The translations under genes were made by a program, and so were the position numbers. The notes under the pieces are model-generated. The model was not told where the DNA came from. It searched no databases and worked only from the letters and a program-made list of their open reading frames with translations. 64,000 nucleotides of DNA from Raillietiella orientalis (Eukaryota): NCBI GenBank assembly GCA_036172245.1, contig JAYWIR010000009.1, positions 620,001 through 684,000 on the forward strand, in the 5' to 3' direction. Positions 26,181 through 38,000 of the stretch are shown here, piece after piece (position 1 is the stretch's first letter; every line of letters starts with the position of its first letter).

Positions 26181-26189
26181 ATATACTCA

Positions 26190-26342
26190 TCCCGGTGTAC
26201 ACCTACTCTGCTTCGCATAATTACGTTTGTTCCTCATATAATTACGCTTACGAAGAGACCATCTCCGACGCATACGACGTAATTTCATAAAGGCCAAAGA
26301 TCTTCGATAAACGCGATAACGAGCACGTGTAACCACAGCTAT
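26190..26342 (-). pseudogene. CRESS capsid protein, arginine-rich N-terminal arm
   Basis: (ATA)AVVTRARYRVYRRSLAFMKLRRMRRRWSLRKRNYMRNKRNYAKQSRCTPG, divergent from Rep and starting ~75 nt from the origin hairpin. Confidence 0.72.
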
Positions 26343-26417
26343 GTCAAAACATGAACTAAATGCACAAACACAGAGAAAACAGTAACCCTCAAACCTGTTC
26401 TCCACTTCAAAATGCCA

Positions 26418-26448
26418 GAGGTCAGGGTAATACTTCACTTGTGACCTC
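26418..26448 (-). promoter_or_regulatory. CRESS rolling-circle origin: stem-loop with nonanucleotide AAGTATTAC
   Basis: Stem GAGGTCA (26418-26424) pairs with TGACCTC (26442-26448). GTAATACTT at 26427-26435 reads AAGTATTAC on the minus (Cap-coding) strand. Confidence 0.85.
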
Positions 26449-26498
26449 CACACACATATAAATACAACACAACACACACACACACACAACCAGTCACC

Positions 26499-27371
26499 AT
26501 ACCGTACCCTTCAGTTCGGTGCTTAACGCTGAACAGCCATACATCCACAGAAGATCAACTGAAAACATGGATTACCCAAAACTGCAACCGGCATAATCGG
26601 ATAAACATCAAAAGGATCTGCACGATCCAACAAACAGTACTGCTCTAAAGAGGATGAGAACTCTTGGACCTACGGAAACGTTACAGACCTAAACAAACCT
26701 ACAATTCACGGAGAGGTACGAAAATACAAAACAACCTAACCTGATCCAACATTAGCTACATCTACTTTCAGATCTTGTGGACTCAGGAAAAAATGAAAAG
26801 TGGATTTGGCAACACAAACCAGAGTTATACGAACGACACCGAACATTCATTCTGGATAGCGTACGCCTCTCCAAAGCAACACAAATCATCGATCCAGTGA
26901 TCTGCGAACACCTACAACAGTGGCCAAAAGGTCTTCTCGACATGATACAAAGTGGACCAGACGGAAGAGACGTACACTGGTATGCTGATTACCAGGGAAA
27001 GAGCGGCAAACCAACAACGGCCAAGCATATCTGCATCAATTATGGCGCAACCTATTTGACCAATTGCAAAAAATCGGGTGCCTCGTATATGTGCAATGGA
27101 GAGAGGATCGTCATCATCGATCTCACCAAAGATGTACAAGAAATCATCAATTATGGATTAATTGACACCATTAACAATAAGGAATGGAATAATAAGGCCA
27201 CTTTTCAAACTTTTCAATCGTCCGCACGTGGTGGTCTTCGCAAACATGGATCCCAACTACGAAAAAATGTCATCAGATAGATGGATAGTCCACTTTATTA
27301 ATGAAACAAATGAAAACCACACAAACTTCATTAGTAACTTGAATAGCAAAGGCCCTCGACACCTACATTGA
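26499..27371 (+). pseudogene. rep: CRESS replication-associated protein (HUH endonuclease plus SF3 helicase), frameshifted
   Basis: Motif I CLTLNS (26520), motif II deleted, motif III NKQYCSKE (26638), Walker A WYADYQGKSGKPT, Walker B IVIIDL, INYGLI..NGII, motif C PHVVVFAN, Arg finger MSSDRW. At least three frameshifts; start codon reads ATA. Confidence 0.93.
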
Positions 27372-28150
27372 AAAGATGTATTCCGCGCGCCTTTGAAAGC
27401 GAAATAGAATCTGCTATATAAACGAAACAAAGGTTGATACTTATTTAAATAACCATCCTTTCCACTAGATCCAGACACCTGCCATGCTCGAGGAACCAAA
27501 AGTCCATCAACATGCTTCGTCAACTTCAGTTCCCCACCATATACATCCAGCAAGCTGTTCAGCCTCTTTTCCAGTTTGCAGCCATGGACAGCACTGGCAA
27601 TCAACTGCTGCAGCATTTGCATCTCGGTTTGAGTTGCCACTGAACGTTCCCACTGAGTACAAGGCCTCACAGATCTCGGTTTGAGTTCGCAAAATATAGA
27701 TGATCTTCTATTCTGATACCATGTCAAATGAGTCCAAATAGTAGCATGGTCCAATACTTCTATGTGATTAAAAAGCTCTTCTGGCGGATTTGTCATAACC
27801 AAATGATTATCATATGAATACCCTCCAGCAATTTGAAAATCCTGCATATTTTGTGTTCATTTTGATCAGAAAACGTCTCGGTCGAAGGCTCAAGAGGGCA
27901 TCCCACACCACACAACTTGACAAATTCAAAACTTTTTTTCATGACATCCAAATGACGTCTACTAATTATATAACTCATTTTCTCACTTCAACGAAGATCA
28001 GTAACCAAAAAACAACACACAGAAGATACCTCCTGACGAGCCGGACAACCCAAACCAACTACTTGACCAATAGTTGCAGCATGCTTCGTAAAATCAAAAC
28101 AGCCAAAAGAAAGACGTCAAAGAAGTCTTCAAAGCAGGACCAATCCACTT
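27372..28150 (-). pseudogene. CRESS capsid protein, middle and C-terminal part
   Basis: Convergent on Rep. FLVTDL, KSFEFVKLCGV...P (FEYY.I..V-like), ELKPR, and terminal RLYSRFYFAFKGAR, typical of circovirus-like Cap C-termini. Frameshifted. Confidence 0.65.
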
Positions 28151-28299
28151 CTCGGATTCCCTCATTTTTTTTTTGTGCCCTCCTCCCCCCTCTCCCGTCC
28201 CAGACTTTCGGGTATCCCGATCTGCGTGTTGGTGGACCCTTCCCCTTGTCTTCGGTTGGGAACCAACGCGTTCCCAGCATGAAGCGAACAACCCGGCAT

Positions 28300-29270
28300 T
28301 GACATGGTGAAAAACCTCAACGCCCGCCTGCTCGCGGGCGACAAGGGGGCGCAGGTGCACCGCGTGCCATGTGCATCCTTGGTTGCAAGCAACCTGTTCG
28401 CCGGCGAAGCGGCACCTGAGATGCAGGAGACCATCCACCACGTCTTCCCCGACGATCATCTGTGTTCTCGGGTGGGTAGGAGAGGGAGAGTAAACGTGAG
28501 TTCTCTCCCATTATCCCAGACTCGAGTTCGAGCTGGGATAGGGGCCTTTAGACAATTTGAGAAAAATACCTCGGAATTGGATGAGCCTACCGCGGGAGCA
28601 GCTCCACTGCTTCGCTGTCTCCTCTGTGGTTTCGCCATGCACGGGCTCGGCGATGGGCATCTGTTGAAGGCCTCCGTCCGAGAGTTCCATGAGTGCTTTC
28701 CTCTGACTCTTCCACCATCTGGGTTCGGAGAGGGCGCCTTTCCGCCATCGCGCGCCCTCTTCAGATACGCCTCTATGAGAAGGATGGGCCGAATTCAAGG
28801 CCGCATCTGAGAGCCAGATCTGGCAGTCTGAGGTGGTTTGCCTGCTGGACGACTGCGGACAGGAGTGCTCGCCCCCCTCGAAAGTCAAGAGCTTAGTGAC
28901 CTGTTCTCCCCTCTTTATTCAAAAACATCGGCGGAACGCACCTTCTCTCAGAGATTTTTGGAGAACTGCACCTCCATTGTTATGAAGAAGGAGAGAGTGC
29001 GCCTCGAAGACAGCAGAGATCATCGCCTTCAGCGGAGCGCTCAAGAAAAGGAAGGTCCCAGGGGAGGACGCTCTGCCAAGTGACTTCTAGAGCTCCATGG
29101 TTTGCTCTCCTGGTACAAAAGCTGAATACGCAGATCTGGGAGGGAGGTGCAGTGCCTGTCCCCTTCCACTCAGCTACAGCACGTCCCCTTCTGGAAGGAG
29201 ATTTGCTCAACTGGAGTCTGATCACTTCAGTGAATGTGGACGTAAAGCTGCTCTCCAAAATAGCCCCGCG
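28300..29270 (+). mobile_element. Decayed APE endonuclease end and RT N-terminal region of a Tx1/L1-like element
   Basis: NLNARL..D, GDGHLL (SDH-like), FSPLYSK...FL, KVPGEDALPSDF (KSPGEDGLP.EF), GDLLNWSLITSVNVDVKLLSKI (NWRPISLLNVDYKILSK). Confidence 0.78.
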
Positions 29271-29530
29271 GGGTTCCCTCCGGAGAGAATAAGGAAGAGG
29301 TGGTTCCCTTCGAGGTCCCCTTTCAAGTGTAAGAGGAACGGACTCCTTTCTCTGGAGACATCCTGGATTCATGAGGTGGTCTCTCAAGGGTTACTCCCTA
29401 AACTGAAGAGTTACGCTCACCCTCGGTTGGCGTGGACAGTGTCAAGGAGCTTCGTTAGTCCCCCTCTAAGGAGACTAACATCAGGGGAAAAAACGCGTGG
29501 GTGCCTAAGGGTTCTTCAGCACGTGGGGAA
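29265..29530 (+). repeat. Dispersed retroelement-derived repeat; related copies at ~51560-51850 (+), ~43330-43450 (+) and ~38700-38900 (-)
   Basis: Shared ggttcc...gagaataaggaaga...ggaacgg..tcct..ctctggag...tcctggattc...tggcgtggacag...agc/gttcgt.ag..ccc..taagg. Confidence 0.7.
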
Positions 29531-30608
29531 CCAAAAAATAAGGCAAGATGATGTCACTAGTCTGTACCCTATCTTGTTCAGAACCTATTTCGAGTGGGTT
29601 CCGCGAGGGTATAGAACGGCACTGGTTAACATGCCAGTGCAGGACAGCTGTGGCAGCCTTGTCGAGGACCTTCTCCGGCCGTCCCGGTCCATATCAGAGG
29701 CTAATCTCCAAGAATTCTTCGAGCTGTTCAGCCGGGTAGCAAACATGTAGGTAAACGAGCACAAGTGCACGGTTGTCCCAGGCTGGCGGGCAGTCGGACT
29801 GGATCCGAGTGGGGACACCCACAAGCAGGCACCTCGTGGGCGTGGTCCGATTGCAAAAAGCAGAGAATACACTTGACCTATTCCTCTAGGGCAGGTTCTA
29901 CCTGTCGGAGTGCACGGGTTGCTGTCGAAGTTCAAGCAGCTGGGCCTTCCTCTTCGGAAGCGAGTGAAATTACAAAGAGCACAAGAAAATCTGGAGAAAA
30001 AAAGCAGAAAAGAAAACAACCTGGAGCGGATTGGTTCGAAAAAGGGGCGCCTCGACCGCAACGTCCGCGACGCCATCCTCACACATCCACATGCAAACCG
30101 TGTCCACTTGACAAAGGTGATCGAGAGGGACAGGCTGCATTCGGAAGGAATACGTGAAAACTGAGAGTGAGGAAGGACACGAGTGGGAGTTTGCAACGAG
30201 CGGCGATGGCCCAAGCAACACTCCGAGAGGGAGCAAAAGAACATTCAGAGTCGAAGGGAACGGCTGCAGAACGCGTGCGGGAGAGGACTCCGGAACAACG
30301 AAGGCTTAACGAGTTTTGCCGCGAGACGAAAAAAAGAAACACCATCAGCTCGCGTTCCCAAGTGCTTTGCTAGTTGCTTGCTGCCGTTTCCCCCCGTTGC
30401 AGGGAACAAGGCACGATGGGCGGGAAAAAGGGAGGAAGCCCAAGCAAAATGCGCTGTCAGGAATGCCGAGCGGGTCCGGGACAGGAACGGCGGAAGAGCA
30501 GGGGCGCGCACAACGGATGTTGGCAAGCCTGACGCGGGTTGCGGCGTGCGCCAAGCGGAGAGGCAGTGGGAGCGCAGGTTCGAGTGTGGAAAGCAGAAGG
30601 CAGGCAGC

Positions 30609-32069
30609 ATGTCGGAGAGGAAAGTTTTGAACGTAAGTGAGAGCTGAGCTTTGCACTTTAAGCACGCGTGGGCCTTTGTGAGAAATGTTTGTTGCTTGGT
30701 TTGTTTGCTTGCACGAGTGAATTGCAACGCGAACGGAATGCACGCCGAGGACCCTTTGGGCTGGTGCGGCGCGTAGTTGGGAACGGACGGCAACCACGGG
30801 GCAGTATTTTTGCTTTCACGAAGGCTGGGAGTGGGCTCGAAAGGGCTGAGTGACTGTTTCGAAAGCAAGAAATCGCATGTTGCCTTCCCTAGGAAGGGAG
30901 GGAGGGAGGGAGTGTTGTTCACGTCTCTCAGACGACTGGTGCACGTTTTTCTTCCTCTTCCAGAAATATTATCCGCCCGATTTCGATCCGTCGAAAATCC
31001 CGCGGATCAAACAACCGAAAAACAGGAAATTCACTGTGCGACTGATGGCCCCTTTCAACATGAGGTAAGCGTTGTGTGCTTGGCTGCGTCGGGTCGATGG
31101 TGGTGTGGTGGTGGTGCTGCAGGTGCACAACGTGCGGAGAATACATCTACAAAGGCAAAAAATTCAATGCCAGAAAGGAAGATGTGGAAAATGAGGATTA
31201 CCTTGGGATCCGTATCTATCGTTTTTACATCAAATGCACGAGGTGCCTATCGGAAATAGCGTTTAAGGTGAGCGTCGTGAGCAATGGAATGGGTGTGGCG
31301 GGAGGGCTTTGGGTTTGTAGACGGATCCGCAAAACACGGATTACGTGATCGAGGCCGGAGCGACCCGGAATTTCCAGGCGTTGAAATTGGCGGAGGAGGC
31401 TGCAGAGCGGGAATACCAAGAGCAGTTGGAAGAAGAGAAAAGCAATCCAATGAAGGTATGGTCGAGGAAGGTTGGGAGGTTGTTTATTCATGCAGGTGTA
31501 CGTGGTGTTAGCTGCTTGAGAAACGAACCAAGGCGTCGAAACATGAAATGGAGATGCTGGAGGCATTGGAGGAGTTGAAGGAACTGAGTCAGCGTCATTC
31601 GGAAATCGATTACGATGCTTTTTTGGGTAGCTGGGTCCGTCCTCAACCTAGCGAAGAAGAAAAGGATGAGGCGTTCATTCAGTAAGTGATGGGGAGGCTG
31701 GGAGAGGGTAGCTGATTTTGGTGCAGATCCGTCTTTAGGCAGGTGACGGTGAAAAGGCTTGCTGACAGTGATTCCTCCGATGGTGAGGAGGCAGCTCCCA
31801 AGAAGGTGGCTTCGAAAGTGGGGCAGGATGCTGCTTCTGAGAAGGTAAGGGAGGTGGCATGGAAATGCAGGATGTTTGCTTTGCAGAAAGCAGGAGCTGC
31901 GGAAGTTCCTGGAGCTGAATCTTGGCAGAGAAGTGTGGGTAGCTTGTCGTCAGCTGTCAAGATGGGTCCCCTGGTGAAAGTGCGTAAAAAAGCAGAGCCA
32001 TGTGCAAGTGGTTTAGGATTGCTGACCTCGTACAATAGCGATTCGGATGGAGACTCACCGAGCACTTGA
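30609..32069 (+). CDS. YJU2: Splicing factor YJU2 / CCDC94, 7 exons, 291 aa
   Basis: Exons 30609-30632, 30964-31064, 31123-31267, 31321-31455, 31512-31681, 31727-31844, 31887-32069 (876 nt). [96 protein letters not shown]. The last intron is in frame and less certain. Confidence 0.96.
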
Positions 32070-35000
32070 TGCTAGGAATGCTTTTCCACGTTCTCTTTTT
32101 TCCTTTTTATGCCATTTTTGTTTGTTTTTTTTTTTTTGTTCCCACCACCACCAATGTGTTGTGAAAGCACATTGGCATGTTGTTGATGCGGGAGATGCTG
32201 CATGGGCAGATAGCTGGTTGGCAGTGCCTTGCTGAAATTCCAGATTCGTGTGTTGCATGGAAGAAAGATGCAGATGGAGGCTGATTGTTTGGTTGCAATC
32301 AGTTTTGAAGAAAATAACAGAAAGCAATTGAAGAGTGGGTGCTTTTGCACCTTACGTGTTGTTGGTGTATTGAGGATTGCAACAGGAAGCAGAGGGTGTA
32401 CACAACTTTGTTCCATCCAAGTGAAGGTTTTTCCGGGAGTAGCTGCTCCACCGAAAATCGGTTGTCTGGTGTACGGCTCCAGCGGCGGGCTAGTGGGTTG
32501 CTGTGCTCATTCTGGGAATACCATGGTGGATGGAATAGTTTCTTGGGCTAAACTGCATAGCACACGTCGATGGTGTTGGGGTAGAGCAGTGTATCAGGAG
32601 GAAGCATCAGGGGAAAAAGACATCTCTGCCACACGGTATGTGGAGAGTGCACCGCATGCATGCACACGAGGGAGTGCAGTGGCATGCAAAGAGATCTGCA
32701 AAAGTGATGCTTGCAATAAAGTACGTTGCTGCTGCTGTACGTTGTTGTTTAATGAGGCAGGTGCTTGGAAACGCTGCTTTCATGCTATACGAGGAGGCAA
32801 CTCCTACAGTGCGGTTTGCTTGCAAGATGGAGCATTGCGAGTAAGGTGTTTAGGTGGGAAGGAAGAAAGCACTGCTGGATGGGGTGTTGCGCATCGCTTG
32901 GTGGTTTCTTGAGCACAAGCAGAGTGCGTAATGTTTGTTGGACGGAATTCGTGTTCCGGGAAGCGGTCGCCGAGCTGCAAAACGGCGCTCCTGCAGGGAT
33001 CTCGGTGCCTGATCCGAGGGCGAGGTCGGGTGCTACCAGAATGCGGTTGCAGGTGGGTTGGCGACTGTGCAGCGGTGGCGCGGCTGCTGCTGGTGCTGCT
33101 CGCTAGCAGAGCGGACTTTTGTCGCGCAGAAGGGTTGCGGATGGAGCTGGGATCCGCAAGTCGGATCGATCTGACTTTGCTTCTCCCGGGAAGGAGCAGT
33201 GGACGTTGTTCTTGTGGATCTCTGCAGTGCGTTTGCGTTGAGGGCCGTTGGCTTCTCGGTTTCCGAGTTTTTGGAAAGCATGGAGGCATCCGCGCCTGCG
33301 AGGCAGTGAAGCGGACGACTGACTGCCTGACTTCAGGAAGCGGTCTGTAGCACTTGGAAGTGCGGAGAACGAACTTCGACTTGCTCTTCGTCCCCCTTCC
33401 GTCGCGAGCACCTAAAGGGTTTCGTGCGAGCCCAAGGCTGGAGGGCTGGATTGCGCTCGGCGCAACGGGATGGGCTGTCCGTGTAAGCAGCGACCGCGGT
33501 TGCGTATGGCTGCGTGGTGGGAGGTGCCACGCACTCGCCGCACCATCGCAGAGGTGTGCCGCTGCTTTTCGTCGGCGGCCGAGATGCTGAAGGTCGGCGC
33601 ACGAACGCGAGCGAGGGTGGGACTGTTTTGGCGGGAAGACGTGCCGGGGGCTTCGAACGACGGTCTCGTGTTGCCCGCTTTTCGTTGGAACCCCCGGACG
33701 ACCGCGCCTGCTGAGCCCTTTCCCGAGACCAAGCAAGGTTGTCGCCTTGCATCGACGGTTGCCGCGGTGGGGATCCCGAAGAGCAGCAAGAGGGACGTCG
33801 GGGACAGAGGGAGTGCTCATGCGCGAGGCGAGCGACGACGGTGGAATCGATGGTGCCACGACAGCCCCCGCGCGCAAGTTCTTAAACGGATTTGCACGCC
33901 ACGCTCCACCCCAGCTGCTGGCGCGCTACACACATAGCGCAGGGTGGAGAGCGAGGAGCTGGGATTTTATTTATGCGATGCGTTCGGTCGTGGACTCCGA
34001 GGAGGAACGCAGAAGAGCATGCTGCGAATGTTTTTTTTGGCGCTGCTTTTCCCGGAAGTGGAAAGCGGTGCCAGAAAGGCGAGAGCCGCCTGGTGCGCTG
34101 GTGTCTACGCTTTCCGACAAAGGATCGCTGCTGTTGCGAGCCGCCGTCCTTCGGGAGGTGCGTCCTCCGTCGGGAATGCTACCGTCTCCGGTGACGCGCA
34201 CGTCCTCTTGCGAGGAGGGTGAATCCTGAGCGTCTGCCGGCTGCGAAAGTTCACCGGGATGAGCAGGGCCGCTCACCATGTCTCCAATGGGGTCCGGAAG
34301 ATCCGGCGTTACCGGCGTCCAGTCCCTGAAGGGGTCCAGGCCGAGCTGCCCTCAGTGAAGACTGCAGTTATCGAGGAATCGGCGGCCATTGCGGAAGTGC
34401 TTTCGGTCCATAGATCCGGATTTTGCTGCGAAGCCCACGGATCGGCCGGTGGTGCGTGGACCTCCCCGAAAGATTCTGAAGCAGCGGCGCTTTCCTTCGA
34501 GGTGTAGGAAGACGTGGTCCATATTTCAGGGCCAGACAGCTGCAAGGGCTGCTGTCCCCACGCAACCTGGTCGCATTGTAATCCGCTGGCGGGCGACTCC
34601 GCCGCCTCCGGAGTGCACCCTGGTAAGTGTGCCAGAAGAGTCCTCGCTGGCGCCATCCGAAGCTGGTCGATCGAACGCTTGGTCCATGGTGCTGCTGTCT
34701 TCCGAATCCCGTACCCAAAGGGAAGGAGCGTGGCCGTCTGGACAGCTTTTTTTTTACAATGTTGTGGGAAATAAGGGAAAGCTGAGCAAGGACATCGGAT
34801 GGATTGCGAGGGTAAAGGAGTGTTTAACGAACGACGTCAGAATTCCGTCTTTTGGCAGCCACGGTCTATTGCGTGGGTTTCCGGTGTTGGTTCGAAGGGT
34901 CCGAGGAGGCGGCAAAAGGAATAAAAGCGGAAGTTTGCAATCGGCGGTGCAGTCTTTTGAATTTGTGGGTGTTTGCAGACTGGGAGAAAGAGCTCGAGGT

Positions 35001-38000
35001 GTCCCTTGCTGAAGAGCGAGCGGTGGTTGCGGGTGAGAGAGCTGGTTGGACGCGGACGAAGATGTTGGAGATGGAAAGAAATGCTGCAAATGCACGAGAG
35101 TCGCAGGACGCTGGGGGGCGGACGGTGAACCGACGGAAAAGGGGAGGGGAAAAGTTGTGGCGCTCACGAGATGAATGGAGTGAGCTCCGGAGTACGGTGC
35201 GCACTTTCTCGGAGAGACTCCTCTGTAGCAAGCTTCGACGTGGGGTGCCCGTCGTAGAAACAGGGATGCGTCACCCTTCGCATTTCGAAGCAGTCTAGCA
35301 AGGAAGACGGTGGATGAAACGGTTGGCAAAGAATTCTCACGTCCAGCACGGGGAGGAGATGGCAGATGACTCACCGCTTGGATGAGGGAAGCGATCGGGT
35401 CGCTTGTAGCCAGCGTGCTCCACGGGAAAGACGTTGACTGCTGCCCCAGGGTCATTTCCGGATGCAGCCCGCAGTTGCGAGTGGGATCGAAATTCCCATC
35501 GGAGCAATCGGACGCGATGCGGTGCGCTCCATCGGATGGGAAGACTGAGGCGTGTTCGCAACGCAAACTGCGGAGCTGGTGGCCGGCTGCAGGCATTCTC
35601 AGCCAGCGGCTCCGGTTGGCTCCGTGGTTCGCTGAATAAAAACAAAAAAAAGAATTGGGAAAAACTGCTCCAGAAGAAACAGCAGGAGCATTAGTAGGTA
35701 GGGAAAGAAGTGGAACGGGAGGGTGACCGAGACTCAAGTCGAGATTTCGAATAGTAGGGGAAGGGAGGAAGGGGACACGAAAGAAATCAAGAAAAGTGAT
35801 GCGTGGGGTCGATGGTTCTCGCTTCTTGAAAAGGAAATCAAAAGTCGGGAGCGGGTGGGAAAGGGAAAATTCAAAAGTAACGGAAGATGGGTTGTGTGGG
35901 GACAGGGGCTCCCTGCGTGGATCTTTGTTTTCTTTTACGGCCGACGCTGGGTGCCGGCGATCTCCGCTTGCTCTTTCCTCTCGGCCATCCGGCAGCTATG
36001 CTCATGTAGGCGTTCGCCATACGCCTTACCGCGCCCTTCGTTTCGCTTGCGCCTGCAAGACATGGCCGACCGTGACGATGGCGCGCACTCGATCCATGAC
36101 TGCACCAGCCGAGAGCCCGCGACGCGCGAAAAACCGTCGCTGCGGGTCACGGGCGGTGTCGCCGAAGCGTCAGGGTCCTCTTTCGGCATAGTTGGTGGAG
36201 GGCAGCGCAGTCGAACAGCAGGTTCGGGGTCGAGTTTGTGGTTGCGGCTCCCCCGTAGACGAGTTGCCAGCGCCTATCGCACTGCAGACCTCACTTCAGG
36301 AACTGCGTCTTCCACTAGAAGGGAAAAACACTGAGGTGTTCCACACGAGGAAGGGGCCGCTAGTTCGTCGCGTGGGCGCATTGAACAGCTGGCTGCACCG
36401 GCGCAGTCACTTTGCCATGGCACGCGGAGTGACGCGGTATCCGCCAACTCCCTCCCTGCAAGGAGTTTCGTGCGAGTCTTTCCTGCGATGGTGCTGACGG
36501 TCTTCGTTTTCCCTTCGGACAGACGGCGCTGCTGCGAGAAGTGTGGTGGTCGTGGTGGACTCGTTCGCCGAGTACGCGTCACTTGTTCCAGAGGATAAGT
36601 GGGAAAGCGACGGGGGGGTGGAGCTCCGCTGGGCGCATTCCTTGGTTTGCAGAGCAGGGAGAGGTGGAGTTGGTTTGCTTGCTGCTGCCTTGTCGGCCTG
36701 TTTGAAAGGCGTTGCTTTGGACAATTCGGGAATGCAGACTTTGCGTGCGCGAAAGAAAGATAGCCGAGAGGTGATGGTTTTGTGTACGTTGTGGAAAAAG
36801 GCGAATGAGATGCTGTACCGGGAGAGAAGCCTGCCGTTTCCTGGCGTGGTGTGTATGCGAAAGCGGATGCTGGTTTCCCCTGCGGTCAGTGTCGGCGTCA
36901 GCCGAGCGCGCCTCGAGAAGTTCGAGGTCTCGGTTTGGAGCTTCCGACTGATCGGACGCGGTTGCGGAAAAGTGGCCAGGAGGAATAAGCTCGCGGCAAT
37001 CTGTTTGAAGCGAAGGTCGCCTGAAATGAGCCGCAGGAGTTTGGTTTCGTGACGAGGGGTACTCACCGGTGGGAGAGCAGGTGCGTGCTCGCGAGTTTTT
37101 CTTTTGTGTGTGCTCGGCATAGGACGTTCCTTTCTCGTGCGCCACGGTGTTCGGTGGCCTCCTCGGCCGGCTGTGCGCGCTTTTCAGCGCTTCCAGCGAT
37201 TCGTGGTTGTCGTGGTGGCGAAGAGCGTGCGGGCGGAAGGGGGATATTCGGAGGAAGTCGCACTCGACTTTTTTCTTTTTAGAGTTTTCTTTTGCCGTCC
37301 CCAAGGTGCAGAGGCTGGGTAACGGTTAAGGCGTTTATTAGAGGCAGCTTTCGATGCACGATCGGGGTTGACCAGCTGGAAGGGAAAGAATGCGATGTGT
37401 GGAAGCGTCGGTGGAAGGTGGCATGCGGGGTCAGGTGCGTGCTTTCGGGCGGCAAGGAGCCTTTGTCTCGCGCGTTGGCAAGAGGCTCTTGCTGGGTACG
37501 CAGCGTTCTGCATCCGTTGGTCGCAGTCCCAGTTTTCTACGTGGGGTCAGTGATTTGGCCGACCTCCGATGCTTCATCCGTTTCCGAGATCTCGTATGGA
37601 TGCTGCACGACAGGGGAGGATGATTGGCGCGAATGTGCATACTGGAGGATTACTGGTAGCTTGAGAAGCTGTGGTGCCTGCCCGTGAGATTCGATGGTGC
37701 ACAGCACGCTTCCGATTGTGTGCGTTTTCTTGTCTCATGTGGAATGCCGAGTGGGCGGCTCGTTGGCCTCAGTTGGCGTCTGGTTCGCCTGAATTCTTTC
37801 AACTTGGCTCGAATAGGTCAGAAGGTTGGAATTGCAGCTTGCAGTCATCCGAAGGCAAGCTCGCGCCTACAGTTGCTGGTATGGGCGGAAAGTGCCCAAG
37901 TGTTGCTGGAGACTGGTGGGTTTCATTCTCTTCTTGAGGTGCCTGCGTTCGGACTCTGTGGATCGGGATTCCTGTGGGGTCGTCGTCGTTCTTCAGGTGC

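Larger units (their letters stand above)
26190..28150. mobile_element. Endogenous CRESS (circular Rep-encoding ssDNA) virus, near full genome, ambisense, linearised within cap
   Basis: Order: Cap N-terminus (minus), stem-loop origin, Rep (plus), Cap C-terminal part (minus, convergent). AT/A-rich island in GC-rich surroundings. Boundaries approximate. Confidence 0.85.
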
